From Planctomycetota bacterium (lineage in GTDB: Bacteria > Planctomycetota > MHYJ01 > WSZJ01), in contig JBBTCT010000040.1 of assembly GCA_038060895.1 (NCBI GenBank), positions 1-43,530 of the forward strand: 43,530 nucleotides of DNA, read 5' to 3'. A program made the position numbers and the translations under genes. A model generated the notes under the pieces. That model did no database searches and had not been told where the DNA came from. It saw only the letters and a program-made list of their open reading frames with translations. Shown piece after piece: positions 7,309 through 15,026 of this stretch (position 1 is its first letter; each line of letters begins with the position of its first letter).

Positions 7309-10020
7309 TTGACCCCCGAATCCGACCCCAAAACTGAGCTCATCCGCGACCTCCTCATCGAAGAGGAGATGAAGGATTCTTACCTCAACTACGCGATGAG
7401 CGTGATCGTGTCGCGCGCGCTTCCGGACGTGCGCGACGGGATGAAGCCTTCGCAGCGGCGCATCATCGTGGCGATGAACGACCTCGGCCTCGGGCCGCGC
7501 TCGAAGTTCAAGAAGTGCGCGAAGATCGTCGGCGAGACGATGGGAAAGTATCACCCGCACGGCGACCAGGCGATTTACCCGACGATGGTGCGCCTCGCGC
7601 AGGATTTCGCCAGCCGGTACATGCTGATCAACGGCCAGGGCAATTTCGGGTCGATCGACGAGGATCCGCCGGCGGCGATGAGGTACACGGAAGCGCGGAT
7701 GTCGCAGTTCGCGGCGCTGATGCTGGAGGATCTCGACAAAGGGACTGTCAAATACGTCCCGAACTACGACGAGACGGAGACGGAGCCGTCGGTGCTGCCG
7801 TCGAAGTTCCCGAACCTGATCTGCAACGGGAGTTCGGGGATCGCGGTCGGCATGGCGACGTCGATCCCGCCGCACAACCTCTCGGAAGTCTGCGACGCGA
7901 TCGTGCGCGTCATCGAGGAGCCCGAGGTCACGATCGCGGACCTGATGCAGATCGTGAAAGGCCCCGACTTCCCGACGGGCGGGATCATCTGCGGGCTCAA
8001 AGGCGTCCGCGACGCATACGAGACCGGCCGCGGGAGCTGCGTGGTGCGCGCGAAGATCGCGCTGGAAGAAGACAAGAAGGGCCGGCGCGCGCTCGTCGTG
8101 ACGGAGATCCCGTACAACGTCTCGAAGAAGCGGATCATCGAGCGCGTCGCGGAGCTGCACCGCGAGGGGCGCATCCAGGGAATCGCGGACCTGCGTGACG
8201 AGTCGGACAAGGACGGGATGCGGCTCGTCATCGACCTGAAGAAAGACGCCGACGACCTCGTCGTCCTGAACCAGCTCTACCGCAGCACGCCGCTCCAGGA
8301 CACGTTCTCGATCATCATGATCGCGCTCGTGAAGGAGCGGCCGCAGACGCTCAGCCTCAAGGACTTCCTCGTCGCGTACAAGGACCACCGCATCGAGGTG
8401 ATCCGCCGCCGTACGAAGTTCCTGCTCGACCGTGCCGAGGCGGAAGCGCACATCCTCGAGGGGCTGCTCAAGGCGATCGACGTCATCGACGAGGTCATCG
8501 CGATCATCCGCTCCTCCTCCGACGTCCCGACGGCGGAGAAGCGGCTGATCGACAAGTACAAGTTCACGGTCATCCAGGCGCAGGCCATCCTGCGCATGAC
8601 CCTCGCGAAGCTGACCGGTCTCGAGCGCGAGAAGCTGCAGAAGGAACTCGCGGCGCTTCACGAGAAGATCGCAGAGTACCGCGCGATCCTCGCCGACGAG
8701 CGCCTCGTGCTCGATATCATCCGCGAGGACCTGATCGAACTGAAGGCGTCGCTCGGCGACAAGCGGCGCACGGAGATCGCCGGCGAAGTCGGGGAGTTCG
8801 TGCAGGAGGACCTGATTCCCGACGACGCGATGGTGGTGTCGATCAGCCGCGAGGGGTATGTGAAGCGCGTGCCGGTGGCGACCTACAAGCGCCAGGGGCG
8901 CGGCGGCAAGGGCGTCATCGGCGCCGACATGAAAGAGGGCGATTTCATCGAGCGCCTCTTCGTCGCCACGAACCACGAGACGATCCTGTTCTTCACGGAT
9001 CAGGGCCGCGTCCACTGGCTCAAGGTTTACGAACTGCCGCAGCTGTCGCGCACGTCCAAGGGCCGCGCGATGGTGAATCTTCTGGCGCTCCAGCAGGGCG
9101 AAGCGATCCAGGCCGCGATCCCGATCCGCGATTTCACGAGCGGCTACATCGTGATGGCGACGCGCAAGGGCACCGTCAAGAAAACCGCCCTCGACGAGTT
9201 CTCGAACGTCCGCAAGGGCGGCATCATCGCCATCAAGCTCGACGACGGCGACCGCCTCATCGGCGTCCAGAGCACCACCGGCGACGAGCACGTCATCCTC
9301 GGCACCCGCCTGGGCCGCTCGATCCGCTTCCCCGAAGCGCATGCCCGCCCGATGGGCCGGGCGACTTACGGATCGCGCGGCATCCGTCTCCGGGACAAGG
9401 ATTTCGTCATCGACATGGTGATCGTCCCCGCCGACCTCGTGCCCCCGGGCGCCAATGAGGTTGAGGAGCCCGTGGAAGCGGAGGCTCCCGCGCCGAACGA
9501 GTCGGACGCGCCCGCGGTGAATGACACGCAGATCGAGGTCGCCGACGACGCCGATGCCGGCCCCGAGGAGCGCGTCGCCCTCCTCACCGTCTGCGAGAAC
9601 GGATTCGGCAAGCGCACTCCGTTCCGCGAATACCGCACCCAGGCCCGCGGCGGCATGGGAATCATCAATATCCGCGCTTCCGACCGGAACGGCCCCGTGG
9701 TCTCGCTCAAGGCGGTCTCGCTGGGCGACGACATCGTCATGATCACGCAGCAGGGCATGGTCGTGCGCACCAACGCCGGCAAGATCAAGCAGACGCGCCG
9801 CGCGGCGCAGGGCGTTCGCGTCATCGGCCTGAACGGCGACGACAAGCTGGTCTCGATCGCGGTGATCCGCGAAGAAGAACAGGGAGCGCCCGTGGAGGCC
9901 GCGGCGGCAGCGCCCGCTTCGCCGACGGGCGCCGGGCCTGACCAGAAGAAGGCGCTGGATGAGCTCGTGAAGCGCGCCGAGGAACCTGAGGACGACGGCG
10001 GCGGCGGCGGGGAGGAGTAG
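7309..10020 (+). CDS. gyrA: DNA gyrase subunit A
   Basis: YAMSVIVSRALPDVRDG, YHPHGD, catalytic AAMRYTE, GyrA-box QGRGGKG, six beta-pinwheel blades; TTG start. Confidence 0.97.
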   Translation: MTPESDPKTELIRDLLIEEEMKDSYLNYAMSVIVSRALPDVRDGMKPSQRRIIVAMNDLGLGPRSKFKKCAKIVGETMGKYHPHGDQAIYPTMVRLAQDFASRYMLINGQGNFGSIDEDPPAAMRYTEARMSQFAALMLEDLDKGTVKYVPNYDETETEPSVLPSKFPNLICNGSSGIAVGMATSIPPHNLSEVCDAIVRVIEEPEVTIADLMQIVKGPDFPTGGIICGLKGVRDAYETGRGSCVVRAKIALEEDKKGRRALVVTEIPYNVSKKRIIERVAELHREGRIQGIADLRDESDKDGMRLVIDLKKDADDLVVLNQLYRSTPLQDTFSIIMIALVKERPQTLSLKDFLVAYKDHRIEVIRRRTKFLLDRAEAEAHILEGLLKAIDVIDEVIAIIRSSSDVPTAEKRLIDKYKFTVIQAQAILRMTLAKLTGLEREKLQKELAALHEKIAEYRAILADERLVLDIIREDLIELKASLGDKRRTEIAGEVGEFVQEDLIPDDAMVVSISREGYVKRVPVATYKRQGRGGKGVIGADMKEGDFIERLFVATNHETILFFTDQGRVHWLKVYELPQLSRTSKGRAMVNLLALQQGEAIQAAIPIRDFTSGYIVMATRKGTVKKTALDEFSNVRKGGIIAIKLDDGDRLIGVQSTTGDEHVILGTRLGRSIRFPEAHARPMGRATYGSRGIRLRDKDFVIDMVIVPADLVPPGANEVEEPVEAEAPAPNESDAPAVNDTQIEVADDADAGPEERVALLTVCENGFGKRTPFREYRTQARGGMGIINIRASDRNGPVVSLKAVSLGDDIVMITQQGMVVRTNAGKIKQTRRAAQGVRVIGLNGDDKLVSIAVIREEEQGAPVEAAAAAPASPTGAGPDQKKALDELVKRAEEPEDDGGGGGEE

Positions 10021-10041
10021 TCGGCCTTCGGCCGGAAACGA

Positions 10042-10173
10042 CAACTTCAAGACCGCGAACTTTCAAGCAAACTGAGAACTACAAAGGACAACGCTCCTGA
10101 TCGCTGCGGTTCCTCGCGCTGAAGTTCTCCTTTTGTAGTTGCTGTTTGCTTGGAAGTTGAAACGTTGAAGTTG
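10042..10173. repeat. AT-rich imperfect inverted-repeat element (MITE/REP-like), possibly also a terminator
   Basis: Left arm caacttcaagaccgcgaactttcaagcaaactgagaactacaaagga; right-arm reverse complement caacttcaacgtttcaacttccaagcaaacagcaactacaaaagga; followed by a T-tract. Confidence 0.7.
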
Positions 10174-10210
10174 CTTTTTTCCGCCCTCCGCCGCGGCATA
10201 CCATGGGCCG

Positions 10211-11857
10211 ATGCTTCGCGTCGCCCCCCTTTTCTTGCTGGTCCTCGCCCTCGGCGCGTCCGCCGGAGACGATGAAGCCCTCATCTCCCGCCTCGGCGCC
10301 GACTCCTGGCGTGAGCGGGAAGAAGCGATGCTTGCGTGCCTCGGCCGGCCGCAGCTCAGGCCGCTTCTCGTGGCGGCCGCCGACGGCGCGGACGCGGAAG
10401 TCGCGTGGCGCGCGCGGTGGGCGCTCGGTTGCATCGACTGGGACATCGACGCGACGCTGGCGAAGCGCGCCGGGAACCCGTTTGAGAATTTCGCGACGCT
10501 GACCGAAGACGAGATGCAGCTGGGCCTGCAGTCCCTCATGAACGACGAGCGTCCCGAAAGGCTGGCCGTTCTGCTGCAGGCTTCGCGCCGCTTCCCGGAG
10601 GGTCCGGCGCGGCAGGCCGCGCTCGCCAACCTGCGCTCGCCCGTTTCCGGCGACGCCGCATGGGCCGCGGCGCGGCTCGTCTCGGAGGACCCGGCCACGC
10701 GGACCGGCGCGGCGCTGGTCCTCGCCTGGCGCGGCGACAAGCGCGGGGCTGAAGCGCTGAAAAAGGACCTCGCTTCCGCGAATCCCGCGTTCGGGCGGCA
10801 GACGGCCATCGACGCGCTGATCGCCATCGGTGACCCGGCCGGCCTCGAGAGCCTGCTCGGATCGGTCCTGGACGCCGTGAATCGCAAGACGCCGCCTGAC
10901 CCGGAGGACCTCCACAAGATCGCCCAGGCACCGATCGGCACGGCCGCGGTCGAGGAGGCGCTTCTCCTGGCCCTCGAGGCCGAATACGGTGCCGCGCCGG
11001 GCGCGGAACAGGCGCGCACTGCGGCTCTCGACGGCCTGGCCCACTGCGGCGGGCCGAAGACGGCCGGCCGGCTCGCGGCCTGGTGGGAGCAGAACCCGGA
11101 AATGCGGGGCGAAGCGCTCACGGTCGCGGCGGCGCTGGCAGACGCGGCGGCGCTGAAGGACCTCGCCGCGAAAGCCGCGGCTAAGCTCGGCGGCGAAAAG
11201 GCCACGCCCGACCAGCTCTTCCTCGTCGCTGCGCTCCAGCGTCTCGCAGGCGACAAGGAGGCCCACCGCGCCACGATCGACCGGATGGCCGCCCTCGATC
11301 CTCCCGCCGCTTCCGAGCGCGCCGCCGAGGTCGCGCTCGGCTACATGGACGACGGCAAGCCCGGGGATGCGCTCGAGTACCTCCACAAGGCGATCAAGAA
11401 GGGGTCCGATCCCGACGGCGTGCTCTCCCTTCTGGCCTTTGAGGCCGCAACGGCCGCGAAGACCGACGAGAAGAGGTTTCAGGTCCAGGACAATTACAAC
11501 GACGACGCGTGGGAACTTGTCACGCACCCCGAGAGACTCGCTCCGCCCGGGCTCGCGGTGCGGCTGGCAGAGCAGACCGTCAAGCTGGACCCCGACCTCG
11601 CCCACCGCGGAACGCTGGGAGCTTCGTATTTCCGCGCCGGGCGCTACGAGGATTCCATCAGGACGCTGGAGCAGAATCTGGAGCCGTACTATTTCGGCAA
11701 GGAGGAGGATTTTGCGTTCATGGTGATGTCGTACAAGAGGCTCGGGAAAGATGAAGACGCGCACAGGATCGAGGCGAAGTGCCGCGAGTGGGAAAGCAAG
11801 TCGGCGAAGCTGAACCCGATGCGCGGAGAAATGGAACGGGTGCTGCGCGAGCCATAA
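10211..11857 (+). CDS. Secreted HEAT/TPR helical-repeat protein
   Basis: Signal peptide ending ALGASA; RLGADSWREREEA HEAT repeat; C-terminal TPR-like TLGASYFRAGRYEDSI. Confidence 0.7.
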   Translation: MLRVAPLFLLVLALGASAGDDEALISRLGADSWREREEAMLACLGRPQLRPLLVAAADGADAEVAWRARWALGCIDWDIDATLAKRAGNPFENFATLTEDEMQLGLQSLMNDERPERLAVLLQASRRFPEGPARQAALANLRSPVSGDAAWAAARLVSEDPATRTGAALVLAWRGDKRGAEALKKDLASANPAFGRQTAIDALIAIGDPAGLESLLGSVLDAVNRKTPPDPEDLHKIAQAPIGTAAVEEALLLALEAEYGAAPGAEQARTAALDGLAHCGGPKTAGRLAAWWEQNPEMRGEALTVAAALADAAALKDLAAKAAAKLGGEKATPDQLFLVAALQRLAGDKEAHRATIDRMAALDPPAASERAAEVALGYMDDGKPGDALEYLHKAIKKGSDPDGVLSLLAFEAATAAKTDEKRFQVQDNYNDDAWELVTHPERLAPPGLAVRLAEQTVKLDPDLAHRGTLGASYFRAGRYEDSIRTLEQNLEPYYFGKEEDFAFMVMSYKRLGKDEDAHRIEAKCREWESKSAKLNPMRGEMERVLREP

Positions 11858-11896
11858 TCCCTCCCGCCGGGGATCGCTTACAATGCCCCATCACCC

Positions 11897-11968
11897 TTCC
11901 CGGTGGTGTAATCGGTAACACTAGGGATTTTGGTTCCCTCATTGGAGGTTCGAATCCTCCCCGGGAAA
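11897..11968 (+). tRNA. tRNA-Gln (anticodon TTG), CCA not encoded
   Basis: Acceptor TTCCCGG/CCGGGAA; D arm GTGTAATCGGTAACAC; anticodon arm AGGGA-TTTTGGT-TCCCT; T arm GGAGG-TTCGAAT-CCTCC. Confidence 0.96.
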
Positions 11969-11980
11969 TCGAGGAAGCGG

Positions 11981-12067
11981 GATTCGGCGAACGGGCGCGA
12001 GGGCGCCCGATCCGGGTGAAGCGGTCGGTTCAACGCCGGGGAGCCCGCGCGCCCGTTCGCGCGAATC
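11981..12067. repeat. GC-rich long inverted repeat (REP-like or bidirectional terminator) between tRNA and convergent gene
   Basis: gattcggcgaacgggcgcgagggc pairs with gcccgcgcgcccgttcgcgcgaatc. Confidence 0.65.
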
Positions 12068-13232
12068 AGGCTTGAGACTCCCGGATGGCGATTCCCCAGG
12101 TTTTGAGGCGCTCGACGTGCGGCCTGGCCGGGACGGCGGTCTCGAGGGGGATCGCGCCCCGCATCGTTTCGCCGGCGGCCATCATGTGCGCGACGAGCGC
12201 CGCGGGGAATGCGGTGGTGCGCTCCATCGCCGTGAAACCGGTGATGTCGTCGCCGTAGTCGAGGACGTCGTACTGCACGCGTCTGGCCACCCCTGCCTTC
12301 CTGCCGTCCGCCCAGACGCGCAGGATCACCAGGTCCTTGTCGCCGCGGAAGGTGAGGCGCGGGATGAGGCATGCCGCCGTGAGGTCGCGCGGGCGGACTG
12401 AATTCGGGCCGATCGTGACCGGTGCGTTGTCGAGGAAGCCGAGGTCGAGAAGCGTCTTCACGCGGTCCCAGTGCCCCGGGTAGCGGATCGTCTTGTAGTC
12501 GTAGTCCCGCACGCGGCCGAGAAACGACTTTGGCGCGGTGGAAGTTCCGCCGCTGGTGACGGCGCACTGAAGCGTCCCGAGCGGAGGGCCCATCTCGATC
12601 GGCTCGAATTCCGAGATCGTCGGCACGCGCACAATTTTGCCGCCGCGCAGGTACTCCGCTTCGCCCGTGTACTCGTTGATCAGCCCGTGGATCGAGAAGA
12701 CCAGCATGTAGCTGAGCGGCGGCTTCGGGTTGACCGGAAGTCCGCCGCAGCGCACGTGCACCGAAATCTCCTGGTCGAATTGCTCCACCGCCAGCGCCGC
12801 CAGCGTGTTGCCGAGCCCGGGCGCGAGGCCGCAGTCCGGGATGAGCGACAGGCCGCGCTTCGAAGCTTCAGGATGAAGAGCTAGCTCGTTCTCAACGACC
12901 TCCGTGTTGCCGCCGAGGTCGCAGAAGTGAACGCGGGCATCGACGGCAGCGCGCGCGACCTCCTCGTTGAGGAAATAAGGGACGCACGACAGCGCGGCGT
13001 GGTGACCCTTGAGCAGCGTCCTCGTCGTGACGGGATCCGACGCGTCGAGCCGCCCGGGCCGCACCACTTCGCGATTGAGCAGGCCGTTGACTCGCTTCGC
13101 CGCCGCCGCCGCGATGGACTCGTCCACGTCGGCGAGCGTGACGGACTCGGCGTCGCCGTACTTCGCGAGGCCCCAGGCGGCGCAGGCGCCCTGACGGCCG
13201 GCGCCCAGGATCGCGTAGCGGAAGGAAGACAT
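12066..13232 (-). CDS. Saccharopine dehydrogenase / lysine 6-dehydrogenase family oxidoreductase
   Basis: Rossmann ILGAGRQG; DLGGN; PDCGLAPG; GGLP; GLINEY; KTIRYPGH; AMERTTAFP. Alternative start at 13241. Confidence 0.9.
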   Translation of the reverse strand: MSSFRYAILGAGRQGACAAWGLAKYGDAESVTLADVDESIAAAAAKRVNGLLNREVVRPGRLDASDPVTTRTLLKGHHAALSCVPYFLNEEVARAAVDARVHFCDLGGNTEVVENELALHPEASKRGLSLIPDCGLAPGLGNTLAALAVEQFDQEISVHVRCGGLPVNPKPPLSYMLVFSIHGLINEYTGEAEYLRGGKIVRVPTISEFEPIEMGPPLGTLQCAVTSGGTSTAPKSFLGRVRDYDYKTIRYPGHWDRVKTLLDLGFLDNAPVTIGPNSVRPRDLTAACLIPRLTFRGDKDLVILRVWADGRKAGVARRVQYDVLDYGDDITGFTAMERTTAFPAALVAHMMAAGETMRGAIPLETAVPARPHVERLKTWGIAIRESQA

Positions 13233-13450
13233 GCCAGGCATTCAAACATGGGGGGCTGAAACGGCAACTTCAAGTCAGCGAACATTGTTCTCGAATGAGA
13301 GTTGTGAGGTCCACGGGGAGCAAGCGATGTGCCTCACGCGACGCCCCGGGCCGGGTCGAGGAGCCGGTAGGAAGTTCCACCGACGGTATTTCTGGCCGGG
13401 GATCTGTCCGAATCTCATGCGCAGCGGGTTTCCCCGTGCGAGGGGGCCGG

Positions 13451-13466
13451 TGGTATGGGCTTTGCT
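13451..13466 (+). promoter_or_regulatory. Candidate sigma-54 promoter
   Basis: TGGTAT-GGGCT-TTGCT with GG-N10-GC spacing, about 70 nt before the 13538 ATG. Confidence 0.5.
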
Positions 13467-13537
13467 TCCTGAACGACTGTTCTTTCGCCCCGCACGCCAG
13501 CGATCGCGGGCCACCCTTACAAAATCGGGAGAAACCC

Positions 13538-14143
13538 ATGAAAACCCGCTTGCTCTTCGTCCTCGTCCTGGCCGTCCTCGCGTTCGGCGGTTGCCGCAGA
13601 ACGGAGGTCGTTTCCGAGCCCGAGAGAACCGTCGTGGTCCGCGAGCGCGACTCGGTCTGGGATGGTCACGTCTGGATTACCGTGAGGGGCCACGTTCACG
13701 GAGCGCATTGCGGGCACTACTGGCACCACGGCTGCTGGCACCTGTACCCGGAAGACTACGTCTACTACGAAGCGGGCTACGGCCACTTCGGCATCTACGT
13801 CGAATACCGCGACTCGGACCCGTATGTGTGGGACGGCGGCACGTGGATCGTGGTTCGCGGCCACACGCATGGACCGCATTGCGGGCACTACTACCACCAC
13901 CGGCGCTGGCACGCCCACCCCGAGTCCCACGTCTACGAACGTCGGGACCAGGGCCACTGGGGAACGCGCGTCGAGCCTCAGCGCCGTCCGCCGCAGGTGG
14001 AATCGCCGGACCGCCGGCGGCCTGAGCCGCCCCGGCAACCCGAGCCGCGCAAGCCGGAGCCGCCCAGGAAGCCTGAGCCCCCGCGGAAGCCCGAACCTCC
14101 GAAGAAGCCCGAGCCGCCGCGTCAGCCCGAAAAGCCGAAGTAG
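13538..14143 (+). CDS. His/Trp/Cys-rich putative lipoprotein with two internal repeats and a Pro-rich (PEPPRK)n tail
   Basis: RBS ggag; lipobox FGG-C; two WDGxxWIxVRGHxHGxHCGHYxHHxxWH units; 6-7 PEP(P)R/K repeats. Confidence 0.75.
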   Translation: MKTRLLFVLVLAVLAFGGCRRTEVVSEPERTVVVRERDSVWDGHVWITVRGHVHGAHCGHYWHHGCWHLYPEDYVYYEAGYGHFGIYVEYRDSDPYVWDGGTWIVVRGHTHGPHCGHYYHHRRWHAHPESHVYERRDQGHWGTRVEPQRRPPQVESPDRRRPEPPRQPEPRKPEPPRKPEPPRKPEPPKKPEPPRQPEKPK

Positions 14144-14154
14144 CGAAGCCTGAC

Positions 14155-14265
14155 GACCGGGTTCCCCGCGCCCAGCCGCGAAGGCCGCACCGCTTCCCGG
14201 CGCTTCGCCGCGGCCGCAGCGATCGACTCGTCCATGCCGGCCAGCGTCACGGATTCGGCGTCACC
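14155..14265 (-). pseudogene. Degenerate duplicate of the 5' part of the saccharopine-dehydrogenase-family gene
   Basis: Reads GDAESVTLAGMDESIAAAAAKR------REAVRPSRLGAGNPV versus GDAESVTLADVDESIAAAAAKRVNGLLNREVVRPGRLDASDPV at 13029-13157. Confidence 0.85.
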
Positions 14266-14998
14266 GCCCCCCGGATCCCGCATGTTTCTTCGCCTTCTCT
14301 TCCTGCTCCTTGCGCCACTCTTCGTAGGAGATGGCCTGTTCGCCCGTCAGAAGCGGCGATATCTCGCCATCGACCTTCGCCCACAGTTCGTCCGACTTCG
14401 CGGTCCGCTCCTCCGGAGTTCCATCGGGGTTGTGCCACACCTTGTTCATTTCCGGCAGGTAGGTCTTCAGGACCGCCGACACACGCTCTTCCTGGACCGG
14501 CGTCAACTGGAGCTTCTCGCGCATCGACTTGGTGAATCGCGCCTGGATCCCGGTAGCCCAGCCCCAGATCTCTTCCTGTCGCAGTTCCTTCTGCGCCTCT
14601 TTGACCAGCTCGAGGACCGCGCGGCGGTCGTCCGGGGCGAGCGCCGCCCACGCCTGGCGGCCGCGAGGCGACGTGCCCGGCGCCGTGGATGGCGAAGCGG
14701 GATCCGGCGAAGCGGCCGCCGCGACCGGCGGTTCCGCGTTTCCATGCGCGCGCGATTTCTCGTCCATGCGTCGCTCGAGGTCACCCGTGCGGGAATCGAT
14801 CACGCCGGAAGCGACCGGCGACCCGCCGGAGACAGCTGCCGCACTCTCCAGCTTCGCCAGCCGTTCGGTGAGATCTTCGAGCCTCCGTTCGGCTTCCCGC
14901 GTCCGCTCGCGCGCGCTTCGCGAGTGCACCAGCGCGAATGCGGCCGTCACCGAGGCCACCACGACCAGCAGTCCGCCTGCGATCATCCGGCCGTTCAT
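14261..14998 (-). CDS. Hypothetical membrane-anchored protein (coiled coil plus LTxxQ-like helical C-terminus)
   Basis: N-terminal TM helix; LQLTPVQ and LLTGEQ motifs; RBS ggagg. Confidence 0.65.
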   Translation of the reverse strand: MNGRMIAGGLLVVVASVTAAFALVHSRSARERTREAERRLEDLTERLAKLESAAAVSGGSPVASGVIDSRTGDLERRMDEKSRAHGNAEPPVAAAASPDPASPSTAPGTSPRGRQAWAALAPDDRRAVLELVKEAQKELRQEEIWGWATGIQARFTKSMREKLQLTPVQEERVSAVLKTYLPEMNKVWHNPDGTPEERTAKSDELWAKVDGEISPLLTGEQAISYEEWRKEQEEKAKKHAGSGGR

Positions 14999-15026
14999 GC
15001 GAGCCTCCCTGGGAATCCGTTCCGGG

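Noticed and set aside
7264-10050. 928-aa antisense ORF over gyrA (also 24282..26846, 27182..28957, 10079..11764, 5537..7081 and similar)
   Set aside because: Shadow ORFs expected from high GC3 codon bias; no recognisable motifs, and the opposite strand holds clear genes.
11897-11968. tRNA-Gln as an island attachment site
   Set aside because: No duplicate of its 3' end and no integrase found in the window.
14020-14135. CRISPR-like short repeats
   Set aside because: In-frame 15-18-bp coding repeats (PEPPRK) with no spacers and no cas genes.
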